A stretch of 64,000 nt of DNA from IMG/VR virus record IMGVR_UViG_3300021964_000015; one strand, written 5' to 3'. Below are positions 52,505 to 61,937 of the stretch, piece by piece (the first letter of the stretch is position 1; each line of letters opens with the position of its first letter). The DNA is from a virus. A program made the translations under genes and the position numbers. The notes below the pieces were generated by a model. It was given only the letters and a program-made list of their open reading frames with translations. It was not told the origin of the DNA and ran no database searches.

Positions 52505-53139
52505 TGCAGCGACGAATGGTCCAAGTTAAGCTTTTAGGCGAATTGGGGCGTCGTTTTGGTCGTTCATATGAATTCATGGCCAACAATCCAAGGGAGATCA
52601 TTTCGGCGCTGTCTAATCAATTGTCTGGGTTTAGGGAATATTTAAATATTGCCCATGAAAATAACATGGGCTTTAAGCTTATCAATGACAATGCGGAGGG
52701 AATGGACTATGAAGGCGTGATGATGAGCTGCGATAGGCTTGTGATTGCTCCTGTCATTGCAGGTGCTGGTGGCAATGTAGGAAAGATTTTAATTGGGGCA
52801 GCATTGATTGGCCTTGCTTTTGTGCCTGGAGTTGGAGCTTTTGCCGCAACAAGCAAGGCTGTATTGGAAGGCGCTGCAGTTGCAGGTTCTTTAACAAAAG
52901 TGGGTACTGTTCTATTTGGCATTGGCGTGAGCCTATCTTTAACTGGCATTGCAGGATTGCTCACTCCACCAGTAAAAACGCCAAGCAGCGATTCGGAAAA
53001 GAAAGATAGCTTTCTTTTTGATAGAGCTGTAGAGCTTACGACGCAAGGTGCTCCAATTCCCGTTCTTTATGGGCGTTATTTAGCAGTGGCTCCACTTACA
53101 ATTTCATCCTCCATTGGCACTGAAACAATTCCTGTTTGA
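52504..53139 (+). CDS. tail assembly protein, lambda gpI-like
   Basis: VKLLGELGRRFG, I.PVIAGAG, QG.PIPVLYG. Confidence 0.9.
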   Translation: MQRRMVQVKLLGELGRRFGRSYEFMANNPREIISALSNQLSGFREYLNIAHENNMGFKLINDNAEGMDYEGVMMSCDRLVIAPVIAGAGGNVGKILIGAALIGLAFVPGVGAFAATSKAVLEGAAVAGSLTKVGTVLFGIGVSLSLTGIAGLLTPPVKTPSSDSEKKDSFLFDRAVELTTQGAPIPVLYGRYLAVAPLTISSSIGTETIPV

Positions 53140-55157
53140 TCATGGAAGATAAGTATTTAACTGGCGGTCAAGACTGGGCAATTAAAGGTGCTGGTGGCAA
53201 AGGTGGTGGTGAAGTTCCCACTGAAGACCCTGATACGCTACGAAGCAAGGCAAAAGCAAGTGTGCTGGCGTTGTTTTGCGAAGGCCCCATTCAAGGATTT
53301 CCTGATGACTTCACCGACAAGGAGCGACAACAAAGAATCTTTTTGAATGAAACACCATTAGTAGACAAGCAAAATAAGGACAATTTTGAAGATGTAGTAA
53401 TACGATTCAAAAACGGCACTCAAGAACAAAGTTCAGTTGCTGGTTTTAATGACGTAAGGATTGAGCAAACCGTTGGCACCAAGGTGTCAAAAGGCGTTGG
53501 CCCTATTTCTGTGACAACGATTAGCTCAGACCTTGACCGTATCAATGTAAGAATTGGTGTGGCATCGCTGTTTATTGTTGAAGAAGAAGGCGATGTAAAG
53601 GGAACAAAGGTTGAATTTAATATTCGCATCACTGATAATGCTGGCTTAGTAATTATTAACAAAGACGAAAAGATTAAAGGGAAAAGTCGTGGGCCTTATG
53701 ACGTTGAATTTAATTATGCATTAACTGGTACTGGTCCATGGACTGTAAGAGTAAAACGACTCACTCGCGATCCGAGAGACTTAAAAGAAAACAACGATTT
53801 ATTCTTCAAGGCAATTGTTGGCATCATTGAAGACACATTGCGCTATCCCAACTCTGCATTGCTGGGGCTGAAAGTTTCTTCTGAATTCTTCCAAAGCGTA
53901 CCTTCGATTTCAGCTGAATTACTGGGGCTAAAGATTAAGGTGCCGGTTAATTATGATCGCGGCTCTAATACTTACACTGGCGTGTGGAACGGTCAGTTTA
54001 AAACTGAATTTAGCAACAATCCAGCATGGGTGTTTTATGACATGCTGACTAACTCTCGTTATGGATGTGGTGCTGACCTTGATGCAACAACACAGGCTGC
54101 AGTGAATTCATTTGGCATCACGAAAGACGATATTGACATTTATTCTCTCCTTTCCATTGCAAAATACTGCGATGAAATGGTGCCTGATGGCAGGGGTGGA
54201 ATGGAAAAGCGCTTCACTTTTAATGCCTACATCAACAATCGTGGTGACGCCTATCAAGTGTTGAATTCAATTGCCGCGTCTTTTCGCGGCATGATTTATT
54301 ATGCCCAAGGATTGATTGTTCCCACGCAAGACAGGCCAGGAAATGTTGTAAAACAGTTCTCCCCCGCCAATGTAATTGTTGACATTAGTGGCGAAGGAGA
54401 GCTTATTAAGCCTCCTTTTGTTTACGAAGGAAGTGGACTAAAAGCTCGCAAGACAGTTGCATTGGTGTCATGGAACGATAGAAAGGATAACTACAGAAGC
54501 AAGATTGAATATGTGGAAGATAGAGAAGCAATTGATCGCTATGGCTATCGAGAGTTGGAGGTGAGGGCTTTGGGCTGCACTTCACAAGGGCAAGCCCAAA
54601 GAGTGGGACGCTGGGCCTTGTTGACCAATTTAAACGAAACGGAAACAGTGAGCTTTAGCGTGGCAGCAGAAGGATTTTTCTTAATGCCAGGCGAGATTAT
54701 TGAAATTGTTGATCCCAATAAAACCACTGGAATTTACGCTGGCATTGTTAGTGCATTGGGAGCAAGTGCAGTTGTCTTAGACAGAGAAGTTGCATTGGAA
54801 GTGGGCAAAACTTATTCAATTACCATTCGATCTGGAGATGCAATTGATTTCACTGCAACAGTAACAACTGGCCCTGGTTCAACAAATAACATTTCATTCT
54901 CTCCATCGTTCACTGAAGTGCCTGATCCACCAGCTGCATGGATCATTCGAGAAGCTACGGCGCAGCCCAGAAAGTATAGGGTTATTGGCGTTAATGAAAA
55001 CGATAATACTGTTGACGTGTTGGCGTCGTTTTACTATGAAAGCAAGTTCCAGGAAACTGATAATGCCACGTTATTGTCGCCAGAAATCACGTCAATCGCT
55101 GGCTTAACCGTCACACCAGTAGTTAGTGCTGGCAGCATTGTATTGCAATCAACGTAA
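53136..55157 (+). CDS. tail tip protein, lambda gpJ-like (C-terminally short)
   Basis: CEGPIQG, YPNSA, NNPAWV.YD.LTN.RYG, YCDEMVPDG.GG.E.RF, GCTS.GQA.R.GRW. Confidence 0.9.
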   Translation: MIMEDKYLTGGQDWAIKGAGGKGGGEVPTEDPDTLRSKAKASVLALFCEGPIQGFPDDFTDKERQQRIFLNETPLVDKQNKDNFEDVVIRFKNGTQEQSSVAGFNDVRIEQTVGTKVSKGVGPISVTTISSDLDRINVRIGVASLFIVEEEGDVKGTKVEFNIRITDNAGLVIINKDEKIKGKSRGPYDVEFNYALTGTGPWTVRVKRLTRDPRDLKENNDLFFKAIVGIIEDTLRYPNSALLGLKVSSEFFQSVPSISAELLGLKIKVPVNYDRGSNTYTGVWNGQFKTEFSNNPAWVFYDMLTNSRYGCGADLDATTQAAVNSFGITKDDIDIYSLLSIAKYCDEMVPDGRGGMEKRFTFNAYINNRGDAYQVLNSIAASFRGMIYYAQGLIVPTQDRPGNVVKQFSPANVIVDISGEGELIKPPFVYEGSGLKARKTVALVSWNDRKDNYRSKIEYVEDREAIDRYGYRELEVRALGCTSQGQAQRVGRWALLTNLNETETVSFSVAAEGFFLMPGEIIEIVDPNKTTGIYAGIVSALGASAVVLDREVALEVGKTYSITIRSGDAIDFTATVTTGPGSTNNISFSPSFTEVPDPPAAWIIREATAQPRKYRVIGVNENDNTVDVLASFYYESKFQETDNATLLSPEITSIAGLTVTPVVSAGSIVLQST

Positions 55158-55552
55158 TGGCACAGCTTGAAATCTCCTGGGACTATCCGCAGTTCAGTGG
55201 CTATTCAATTCTGAATGCCATTAACCCTGCCATTTGTTGGCAAGAGCCAATTAATAATCCTCTTATTAAAGAATTTAAAGTGGAGCTTTATAGAGAAGAG
55301 GAGGATGAATGGGTTGATTTAGGGGCAACAACAGCAGACTATGTAAGGATTGACGCAGCTGACTACGATGTATCAACTTCTTATCAGATTAGGATTGCTA
55401 CAATGGGCGTAAATAGGCGTCAATCACCTTGGATTTATGGTCAAAGGTTTATTGCGTCTCCATTACGCTTTGATTTCACGACATCTGACACTGTTAGGAT
55501 TCCTGACGGTCAATCCAAATTGAACCAGCGTTTGCTGTTCCTACTTTTTTAA
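55157..55552 (+). CDS. fibronectin type III-like tail protein
   Basis: W....F.VE...W......Y.IRI......S.W pattern; TAATG overlap with gpJ. Confidence 0.55.
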   Translation: MAQLEISWDYPQFSGYSILNAINPAICWQEPINNPLIKEFKVELYREEEDEWVDLGATTADYVRIDAADYDVSTSYQIRIATMGVNRRQSPWIYGQRFIASPLRFDFTTSDTVRIPDGQSKLNQRLLFLLF

Positions 55553-55554
55553 TC

Positions 55555-55959
55555 ATGGCCCTATTTGGTTTAGACGCTGCAGGAAATTCCGCTTACGTGC
55601 AGGCAGTGGGAAGTGGCGCGGAAGACACTCCATATATTCTTCAACATGATTTGCTACCTTCTGGCATCAAAAGCGCATGGGTGGCGAGCACTACTGATGC
55701 TGTGGTTGTTTCTGGCGTCACAGACAAGACTGTACGAGTGTTGAATTTGGTTGTCACTGCAACGACGGGTGGCACTGTTCAATTCCGCAGCGGAGCATCT
55801 GGCACCACTCTTACGCCTCCATTTCCAGTGACATCATCTGGCCAGCTTGTTTTGAGCAATGCAATGGGCATTATTGAGACAACAGTAGGAGAAGCATTGC
55901 AAACCGTTGTGAGTAGTGGCATTGATTACCAAGCATTTGTCACCTATCGCGAGGTGTAA
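55555..55959 (+). CDS. virion structural protein (putative)
   Basis: Beta-rich ORF in the tail module. Confidence 0.65.
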   Translation: MALFGLDAAGNSAYVQAVGSGAEDTPYILQHDLLPSGIKSAWVASTTDAVVVSGVTDKTVRVLNLVVTATTGGTVQFRSGASGTTLTPPFPVTSSGQLVLSNAMGIIETTVGEALQTVVSSGIDYQAFVTYREV

Positions 55960-55962
55960 ATT

Positions 55963-56787
55963 ATGGTACGCATTGTTGGCCAATTAGATGGATCAAATGG
56001 TCCATTAAATGGTCGTTTGTACGTCAAAGCTGGCGGCGCCTTTATTGGCGCCCCAGCAAAAGAATTAGTTTTCAAGATTGAAGATGGTGCTGTAGACATC
56101 GAACTACCGCCTTGTCCACCATCGCTTCCTTATGTTGTTGACTGGCGTGACATTGGTGACACCAGGAAGCTTTCATATTTAGAGCGATGGAGAGTGCCTG
56201 CCGTTGATGAGCTGCCATTGGATGAAGCTCGTGGTATTGCATTTAAGGGGCAAAAGAAACTAAGGAACATCAATCGTGGTGAGCTTATTGAAGCGACGAT
56301 GCTAAAAGGAGAAGTGCAAAAGCTTCAAGATAAGCTGGTTGAAAGAGAGATTGAATATCAAAATGTTGCACGTAGGTTAAAAGAAGCAGAAGGGAGTATT
56401 GCTGCTGCACAAGGTCAGGCTGCAATGCTTTCTGCGGAATGCACACTACTTCAGCAACGTGCCTCAAAGCACGTTGCGACGAAAGTAATTGAAAAAGAAA
56501 AGATTGTAGAGCGCTATATTCCTGATGAAATGCAGCGTCAGCAAGTTGCGTTTTATAAAGAAAAAATTGCGCTTTTGGAAATGCGCAACAGTGAACTGGA
56601 AGCAAGTGCTGGCAATGCAATTGCTACCAACACTTATTTTGCAAACCTTAATAAAGAGATTGATAGACTGAAAAGTGAAAAGCAGCAACTTCTTGCTCGC
56701 ATTGAAGAACTAAAACAGCCCTCTCGTAGCACTTCTGCATTACGAGCTGAGGCGATTGCAAATCTTGACAAACTTGCCAGCATCTAA
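55963..56787 (+). CDS. coiled-coil protein in tail module
   Basis: Beta N-terminus and long heptad C-terminus. Confidence 0.65.
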   Translation: MVRIVGQLDGSNGPLNGRLYVKAGGAFIGAPAKELVFKIEDGAVDIELPPCPPSLPYVVDWRDIGDTRKLSYLERWRVPAVDELPLDEARGIAFKGQKKLRNINRGELIEATMLKGEVQKLQDKLVEREIEYQNVARRLKEAEGSIAAAQGQAAMLSAECTLLQQRASKHVATKVIEKEKIVERYIPDEMQRQQVAFYKEKIALLEMRNSELEASAGNAIATNTYFANLNKEIDRLKSEKQQLLARIEELKQPSRSTSALRAEAIANLDKLASI

Positions 56788-57464
56788 TGGAAAGCATTAA
56801 CGTTACAGTTCGCGAGGGAGACAGCTTTGACGAGTTGTATCTTGCATTCCAGAAGCCAGTTGGTTCGCCTCGTGATTTTGGCAATTCAGAGCTGTTAGCT
56901 CAAATCAAAGAAACTTTTGGTGGCACTGTTGTCGATACGTTCGGCATTACCAAACTGAACACCACGGGACACTTAAAGCTGGCCCTTACTGCAAGCCAAA
57001 CTGAAACGCTGCGTCGTAATATTGCCACTGGTTACACCGAACGTGGCATCACTTATGACGTGGGAAGGCAAGCGGCGGATCCTGCTGATATTGGTGCATT
57101 GTATCTGTGGGACTTGAAAGAACTTTATTACGTGCAAGAAGGAAATGGCATCACTTCTATCACGCAAGGCACGCTTGTTGATGATATTTTGCAAACTTAT
57201 CGTTTTAGGGTGACGACAAGCGGCAATCATAATTTATCTTCCACTGACATTGTTCGTATAACCGGAGCAAGCGTTTCAGGCTACAATGCCACTTATAGTG
57301 CTAATACATTGAACATCATTTCCAATACAGTATTTGAAGTGATTCCAGTGGGCGGCACTCCACTGTTTAGTTCTGTTTCTTCCGGCGGCACTCTAAATGT
57401 GTTGAAAGAGGATACGATTGTATTAGGAACATTGCAGGTGAAACCCCGCATTACATCGCTTTAA
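56787..57464 (+). CDS. BppU-like tail accessory protein
   Basis: I.V.EGDSF, L.LT.SQT..L, Y.WDL, G.L.V.P.IT. Confidence 0.55.
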   Translation: MESINVTVREGDSFDELYLAFQKPVGSPRDFGNSELLAQIKETFGGTVVDTFGITKLNTTGHLKLALTASQTETLRRNIATGYTERGITYDVGRQAADPADIGALYLWDLKELYYVQEGNGITSITQGTLVDDILQTYRFRVTTSGNHNLSSTDIVRITGASVSGYNATYSANTLNIISNTVFEVIPVGGTPLFSSVSSGGTLNVLKEDTIVLGTLQVKPRITSL

Positions 57465-57470
57465 TGAAAA

Positions 57471-59021
57471 ATGCCTGACATTGAAGAAGGTCAACAGGTA
57501 GTAACGGTTGGTAGGTCAGAGCCGATTCAGGCTGGACAAGCCACAATGGCAGCTTCACTGCCAGTTGTTATTGCCAGTGACCAAACTCCAGTTCCTATTC
57601 TTGACAATCTGAGTGCACCATCTGAGGTGCATGATGATTTGCTTGGCAATCCACGGGTGCAAACAAGTTTGCAGCTTTGGGACAGCACTAACATTCTTGC
57701 CATTGATCCAAAAGCCTGGAAGCTGACGTTTGATGAAACTGGTACGCCAGACAATTCAAGCGTTACTCACCTTCCGCAAGAAAGTGGTGCGCAGCTTTTA
57801 ATTAATACGAATGCGCCTAATAGCACCATTGCGCGGATGCAAAGTCGTCTGGTGTTTCCTTATCAAACGGGGCGCATCACTGATGCAAGTTTTGGCATTA
57901 GCTTGCTTCGGGACAATAATGTGACCATTGAAGCTGGCATCTTTGATGGCAACAATGGTTATATTATTCGCATTATTGGCGACGATTTGTATTTTGTTCG
58001 TCGTACAAATTCTGGCGAAAGCCCTCAGAACAATGGCGCTCCCATTGGTAGTACTGATTTCACAATTAACGATCCCACAAGCCTTTATAACAACCATCGT
58101 TATCGCGTGCTGCCTGATGATCCTTCCGTGATGGAGGAGATTGTCCCGCGTTCTGCATTTAACGGTGACAAACTTGATGGACAGGGCTCTAGCGTCCATA
58201 CGCTGAGCTTGTCGAAGGTGACGATGTTCCGCATCCTAATGGGCTGGTATGGCGGCTCTGCGGCGCGTCTGATGGCTTATGTGCCGGTGGATGAGAATCT
58301 CCCTGCTGGCGCTACTGCACGCAATGCACGATGGGTGACCATTCATCAAATTAACACTTGCGATAGGCTGCCTTTCCCAAGTCTTGGCAATCCCAATTTG
58401 CCAATGACGTTCCAGCTTACCAAAACTGGAAACATTGCTCAGGCATGTTTCTTGAAGGTGTATGGAACCAAGGCCGAAATTGATGGTGGCGACGCGAGTA
58501 AGTATGACATTTATTCGCAAGAAAGCGATGCAGTAGTGATTGACCCTGGTCTCATCCGTCCATTGTTGACCATTCGCTGCAAGGAAAACATTACAAACGA
58601 TGATGGCAATAGCAAGCAAAATATCTTGCGGGCTGTTCCGTTGATGGCTAATTTGTCATCGCAATATCGAACCAAGTTTGCTTTGATTAAAAATCCAAGT
58701 GGCTTGGCTATTAGTGGAGCAATTGTTGATCCAGCAACTGCTTCTGGCGTGTTTACTTCTACGGCATCTCTTTCTGCCATTGAATACAATACAACTGCTA
58801 CTGGTGTGACTGGTGGTGAGCCTGTTGCTACGTTCTTTACGGGCGATGATGACGGTCAAAACATTTTGCTGGATGAGATTTTCCGTTACAACCGTGAATT
58901 CCTCACTCGTCCAATTTCCAATGAAGCTGGAAGCAGCGGCGACATTCTTGTGTTGACTGCTCAAAGCGTTGCAGACAGCGGCAATACAGTTGCTGGTTCT
59001 ATTACTTGGGGCGAACGCTAA
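57471..59021 (+). CDS. virion structural protein (paralog A)
   Basis: DLLGNPR, F.YQTGR, VPRS.FNGDKLDG.G.S, GWYG shared with the next gene. Confidence 0.7.
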   Translation: MPDIEEGQQVVTVGRSEPIQAGQATMAASLPVVIASDQTPVPILDNLSAPSEVHDDLLGNPRVQTSLQLWDSTNILAIDPKAWKLTFDETGTPDNSSVTHLPQESGAQLLINTNAPNSTIARMQSRLVFPYQTGRITDASFGISLLRDNNVTIEAGIFDGNNGYIIRIIGDDLYFVRRTNSGESPQNNGAPIGSTDFTINDPTSLYNNHRYRVLPDDPSVMEEIVPRSAFNGDKLDGQGSSVHTLSLSKVTMFRILMGWYGGSAARLMAYVPVDENLPAGATARNARWVTIHQINTCDRLPFPSLGNPNLPMTFQLTKTGNIAQACFLKVYGTKAEIDGGDASKYDIYSQESDAVVIDPGLIRPLLTIRCKENITNDDGNSKQNILRAVPLMANLSSQYRTKFALIKNPSGLAISGAIVDPATASGVFTSTASLSAIEYNTTATGVTGGEPVATFFTGDDDGQNILLDEIFRYNREFLTRPISNEAGSSGDILVLTAQSVADSGNTVAGSITWGER

Positions 59022-59030
59022 TTAACGATT

Positions 59031-61115
59031 ATGGCCTATTACCAGCTTTCCCCAGAAGTGGGGCAACGACAGTACGTTGTCGCAAGTGGCGCTAATGCCG
59101 GCACTGTTCTTCAGCAAGCTGGTGAATTTCCTACTGGCCAAGAACTAGGGGCAAACAGCATTCCGGCTGTTTTGCCCCTTTTTGGCACAGGGCTTCCAAT
59201 TAGTTTTTATAAAGAAAAGCCCACTGAAATTAAGAATGATTTATTTGGCAATCCACGAGCAGAAGAAACATTAAGCCTGTTTAATTACACTGATGACTAT
59301 GCATTTCGAGAGGATGTATACGTCAGTGAAATTCGTGGTTTGAATGAAGTTGGTGATGATGACGTAGAGAGTGCTAAGTGGTCTCAGCTGCAAGATACAT
59401 TAATTGAATACAGCCCGCTTCCTCTTGGTTACATTCAATACGACGCAAAACGACGTGGTGTTCGCATTGAACTTGCCAAATCAGAAGGCGGTTTTCAACG
59501 TGCTCGCATTAGTACTAAAAAACGCTTTCGTTATCAGACAGGGCGTGTAGTTCGTTCGTCTGTATGCTTGCAGATGAGCCTGGCAGAATTGCCAGCATGC
59601 GAAAAGCTTTGGGGCATTGGAGATTCTCTTGATGGCTTCTTTTTCCAAATTATTGCCGATGGTGAAGGGGATAACTTCCGCGTGGTTCATCGCCGTTCGT
59701 CAGGTGATGGCTTGGTCAAGGAAGTCGTTGTTCCACGCAGCAGCTTTAATGGGGATAAGCTTGATGGTACTGGCAGCAGCAACGCTTCTATTGACTTCAC
59801 CAAGAACTGCATGTACTTGGTGGAATGGGGATGGTATGGTGCCAGTTCTGCACGGTTTTATGCTTTTGTAATTGACGAAGCAGTAGATCTTCCTGTTACG
59901 GTTAGCAAAATCCCTCGTGGTCGATGGGTGTTGATGCATGAACTGTTGATTCCCGACAGTTTAGATGCACCAAGTTTGGGCACGCCTTCATTGCCCTTTA
60001 CCATTGAAATTAGCAACACTGGCTATCTTGTAGAGCCTCAGTACATTATTAAGTATGGTCTGAGCCTGCAAATTGATGGCGGCGAGACAGAAAAAGCAGA
60101 CATGCGTGCTGCTGATTTGTCTGAAGGGCGTGAAATTGGTCCAGTGTATGGCGGCTCTGAGGCCGCCCATTTATTCCCTATTTTTGCATTGAGAGGAGTA
60201 GATTTTGCTCCAAATCAAATTTTAAATAGCCAGCAAGCGCTTCCAAAATCAATGGATGTGTTTGCTAATTATCGCACTGAAATTGCAATCATTCGTGATC
60301 CTGTTTTTAGGAACTTAGAGCAGGAAGTGGGCCACATCAATGGCACACTTCCAAAGAATAGTGCCGGTAGTTATCGCGTGGCGGAGTCGCTACTGACGGG
60401 ATTGGATGGTGGTGGTAATGTTATTGAAATTGCCACTGAACAACCAAGCGTATTACCATTGTCGGCGCAAGAGCCTTACACAGCAACTGACATGGGCACC
60501 ATTGAAGGCAACTTCACTTTGCGTCAAGTGGTGGCCGGTAAAACTCTTGCAACTTTCTATGCAGGAAGTAATCAAGGCGAAAGGGTTGACTTGACTAGGA
60601 TTTATGACTTAGTGCGGGAAGCAATTAGCACTGAATATGACAGCAAGTTTAGTTTCCCTGTAACCAATGAAGATTATCAAATTGAAACCATTGGAGGAGA
60701 TGGCACTCTTACGCTTACTAGAAAGCACACTTTAGAAATTGGCTTTAGGTTTGTAATTGGCCTCAACACTTACTACGTTGTTTCTACTCCCAGTGTTTCA
60801 AGTATCAGGGTGAGTGAAACGAAAGGAGGAAGTGTTTTCACTGGTTTTAGCGGACAGGGTATTTCGGCTGGTGATTTTGGCACTGCTTTTTATGATTTAG
60901 TGGTTGATCAGGCCATTGCATCTCGTGCACGGCCAATTGATCAAGGCGCCATTGTTATTGCTGCTAGACGCATTCAAGACAAGCTTCTTCCGTTGTCTTT
61001 TGAACGTAAGAACGCAGAATGGATGCTCACTTATGATTGCGCCACTTCTGACACTTATAATATTGTTAGCCCATCTCCTGAAGTGCGAGTATTCCTTAAT
61101 TACGGGCTTCGATAA
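59031..61115 (+). CDS. virion structural protein (paralog B)
   Basis: DLFGNPR, FRYQTGR, VPRSSFNGDKLDGTGSS, WGWYG. Confidence 0.7.
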   Translation: MAYYQLSPEVGQRQYVVASGANAGTVLQQAGEFPTGQELGANSIPAVLPLFGTGLPISFYKEKPTEIKNDLFGNPRAEETLSLFNYTDDYAFREDVYVSEIRGLNEVGDDDVESAKWSQLQDTLIEYSPLPLGYIQYDAKRRGVRIELAKSEGGFQRARISTKKRFRYQTGRVVRSSVCLQMSLAELPACEKLWGIGDSLDGFFFQIIADGEGDNFRVVHRRSSGDGLVKEVVVPRSSFNGDKLDGTGSSNASIDFTKNCMYLVEWGWYGASSARFYAFVIDEAVDLPVTVSKIPRGRWVLMHELLIPDSLDAPSLGTPSLPFTIEISNTGYLVEPQYIIKYGLSLQIDGGETEKADMRAADLSEGREIGPVYGGSEAAHLFPIFALRGVDFAPNQILNSQQALPKSMDVFANYRTEIAIIRDPVFRNLEQEVGHINGTLPKNSAGSYRVAESLLTGLDGGGNVIEIATEQPSVLPLSAQEPYTATDMGTIEGNFTLRQVVAGKTLATFYAGSNQGERVDLTRIYDLVREAISTEYDSKFSFPVTNEDYQIETIGGDGTLTLTRKHTLEIGFRFVIGLNTYYVVSTPSVSSIRVSETKGGSVFTGFSGQGISAGDFGTAFYDLVVDQAIASRARPIDQGAIVIAARRIQDKLLPLSFERKNAEWMLTYDCATSDTYNIVSPSPEVRVFLNYGLR

Positions 61116-61124
61116 GGCAAAAGC

Positions 61125-61934
61125 ATGGCGGACGGTAGTTCTATTATCAGTGTTGCATTAAGCGGTCTTCCGAACGAAACGCAAGACCGTGCATATGCAT
61201 TTTGCATTGGCACTCAAATCTTTCAGAATCCAGACCAAGATCCTAGGGATGGGAGCTTTAGCTTTAAGGTGGATCCTGAGCTGTTTGATGTGAGCATTTC
61301 GGGAGATACTGTAGGAACAACGGCAATTGGCCTTGCTACAGCTGAAAACATTTCCTCCATTGCTTCTTGGTCTTCAACAGCAGAAATCAGTGATGACGGC
61401 CAAAGCTTTGGCGTGTATTGCGTAAGCTTTGCCGAGAATAGCTTGGTTAGCAACAAGATTAACATTTGTTGCGCTGGCAATACTATTGGCGCCATCCAAA
61501 AGAACCGTCAATCCACATCAACTGACATTGGTTTTGACACATTAACCATTTCAGGGCATGGCTATAGCAATGGCGATGCAGTTGTGATTTACAGCGGAAG
61601 CCCTCCTCCTCCATTGCAACTCAACACCACTTACTACGTGGCCACCTCTGGGGAAGATAAAATTCGCCTTGCTGCAAGTCATGGTCAATCACTAATTGGT
61701 GATGTGATTGACATTACTATTAGCGGTGGCCCAGCTTATCTGCGTAGTGATGATTTAATTGAAATTAGGCGCAATGGTATTTCAGAAGCTGTTGGCGTGT
61801 ATCGTAACGATACGCAAATTTATGCCATTGGTTCTAATGGTGAAACATTAAGGCCATTCTTTTGGACGAGAGAGTCTAGCAATAGTGCTACGATACCAGT
61901 ATTCAAGGAAATTAAAGTTAGCGGGGCTTCTTGA
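61125..61934 (+). CDS. virion structural protein (putative)
   Basis: Contains HG.SNGD.V.....L..NTTYYV....I.LA module, also seen in paralog B. Confidence 0.65.
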   Translation: MADGSSIISVALSGLPNETQDRAYAFCIGTQIFQNPDQDPRDGSFSFKVDPELFDVSISGDTVGTTAIGLATAENISSIASWSSTAEISDDGQSFGVYCVSFAENSLVSNKINICCAGNTIGAIQKNRQSTSTDIGFDTLTISGHGYSNGDAVVIYSGSPPPPLQLNTTYYVATSGEDKIRLAASHGQSLIGDVIDITISGGPAYLRSDDLIEIRRNGISEAVGVYRNDTQIYAIGSNGETLRPFFWTRESSNSATIPVFKEIKVSGAS

Positions 61935-61937
61935 TTC

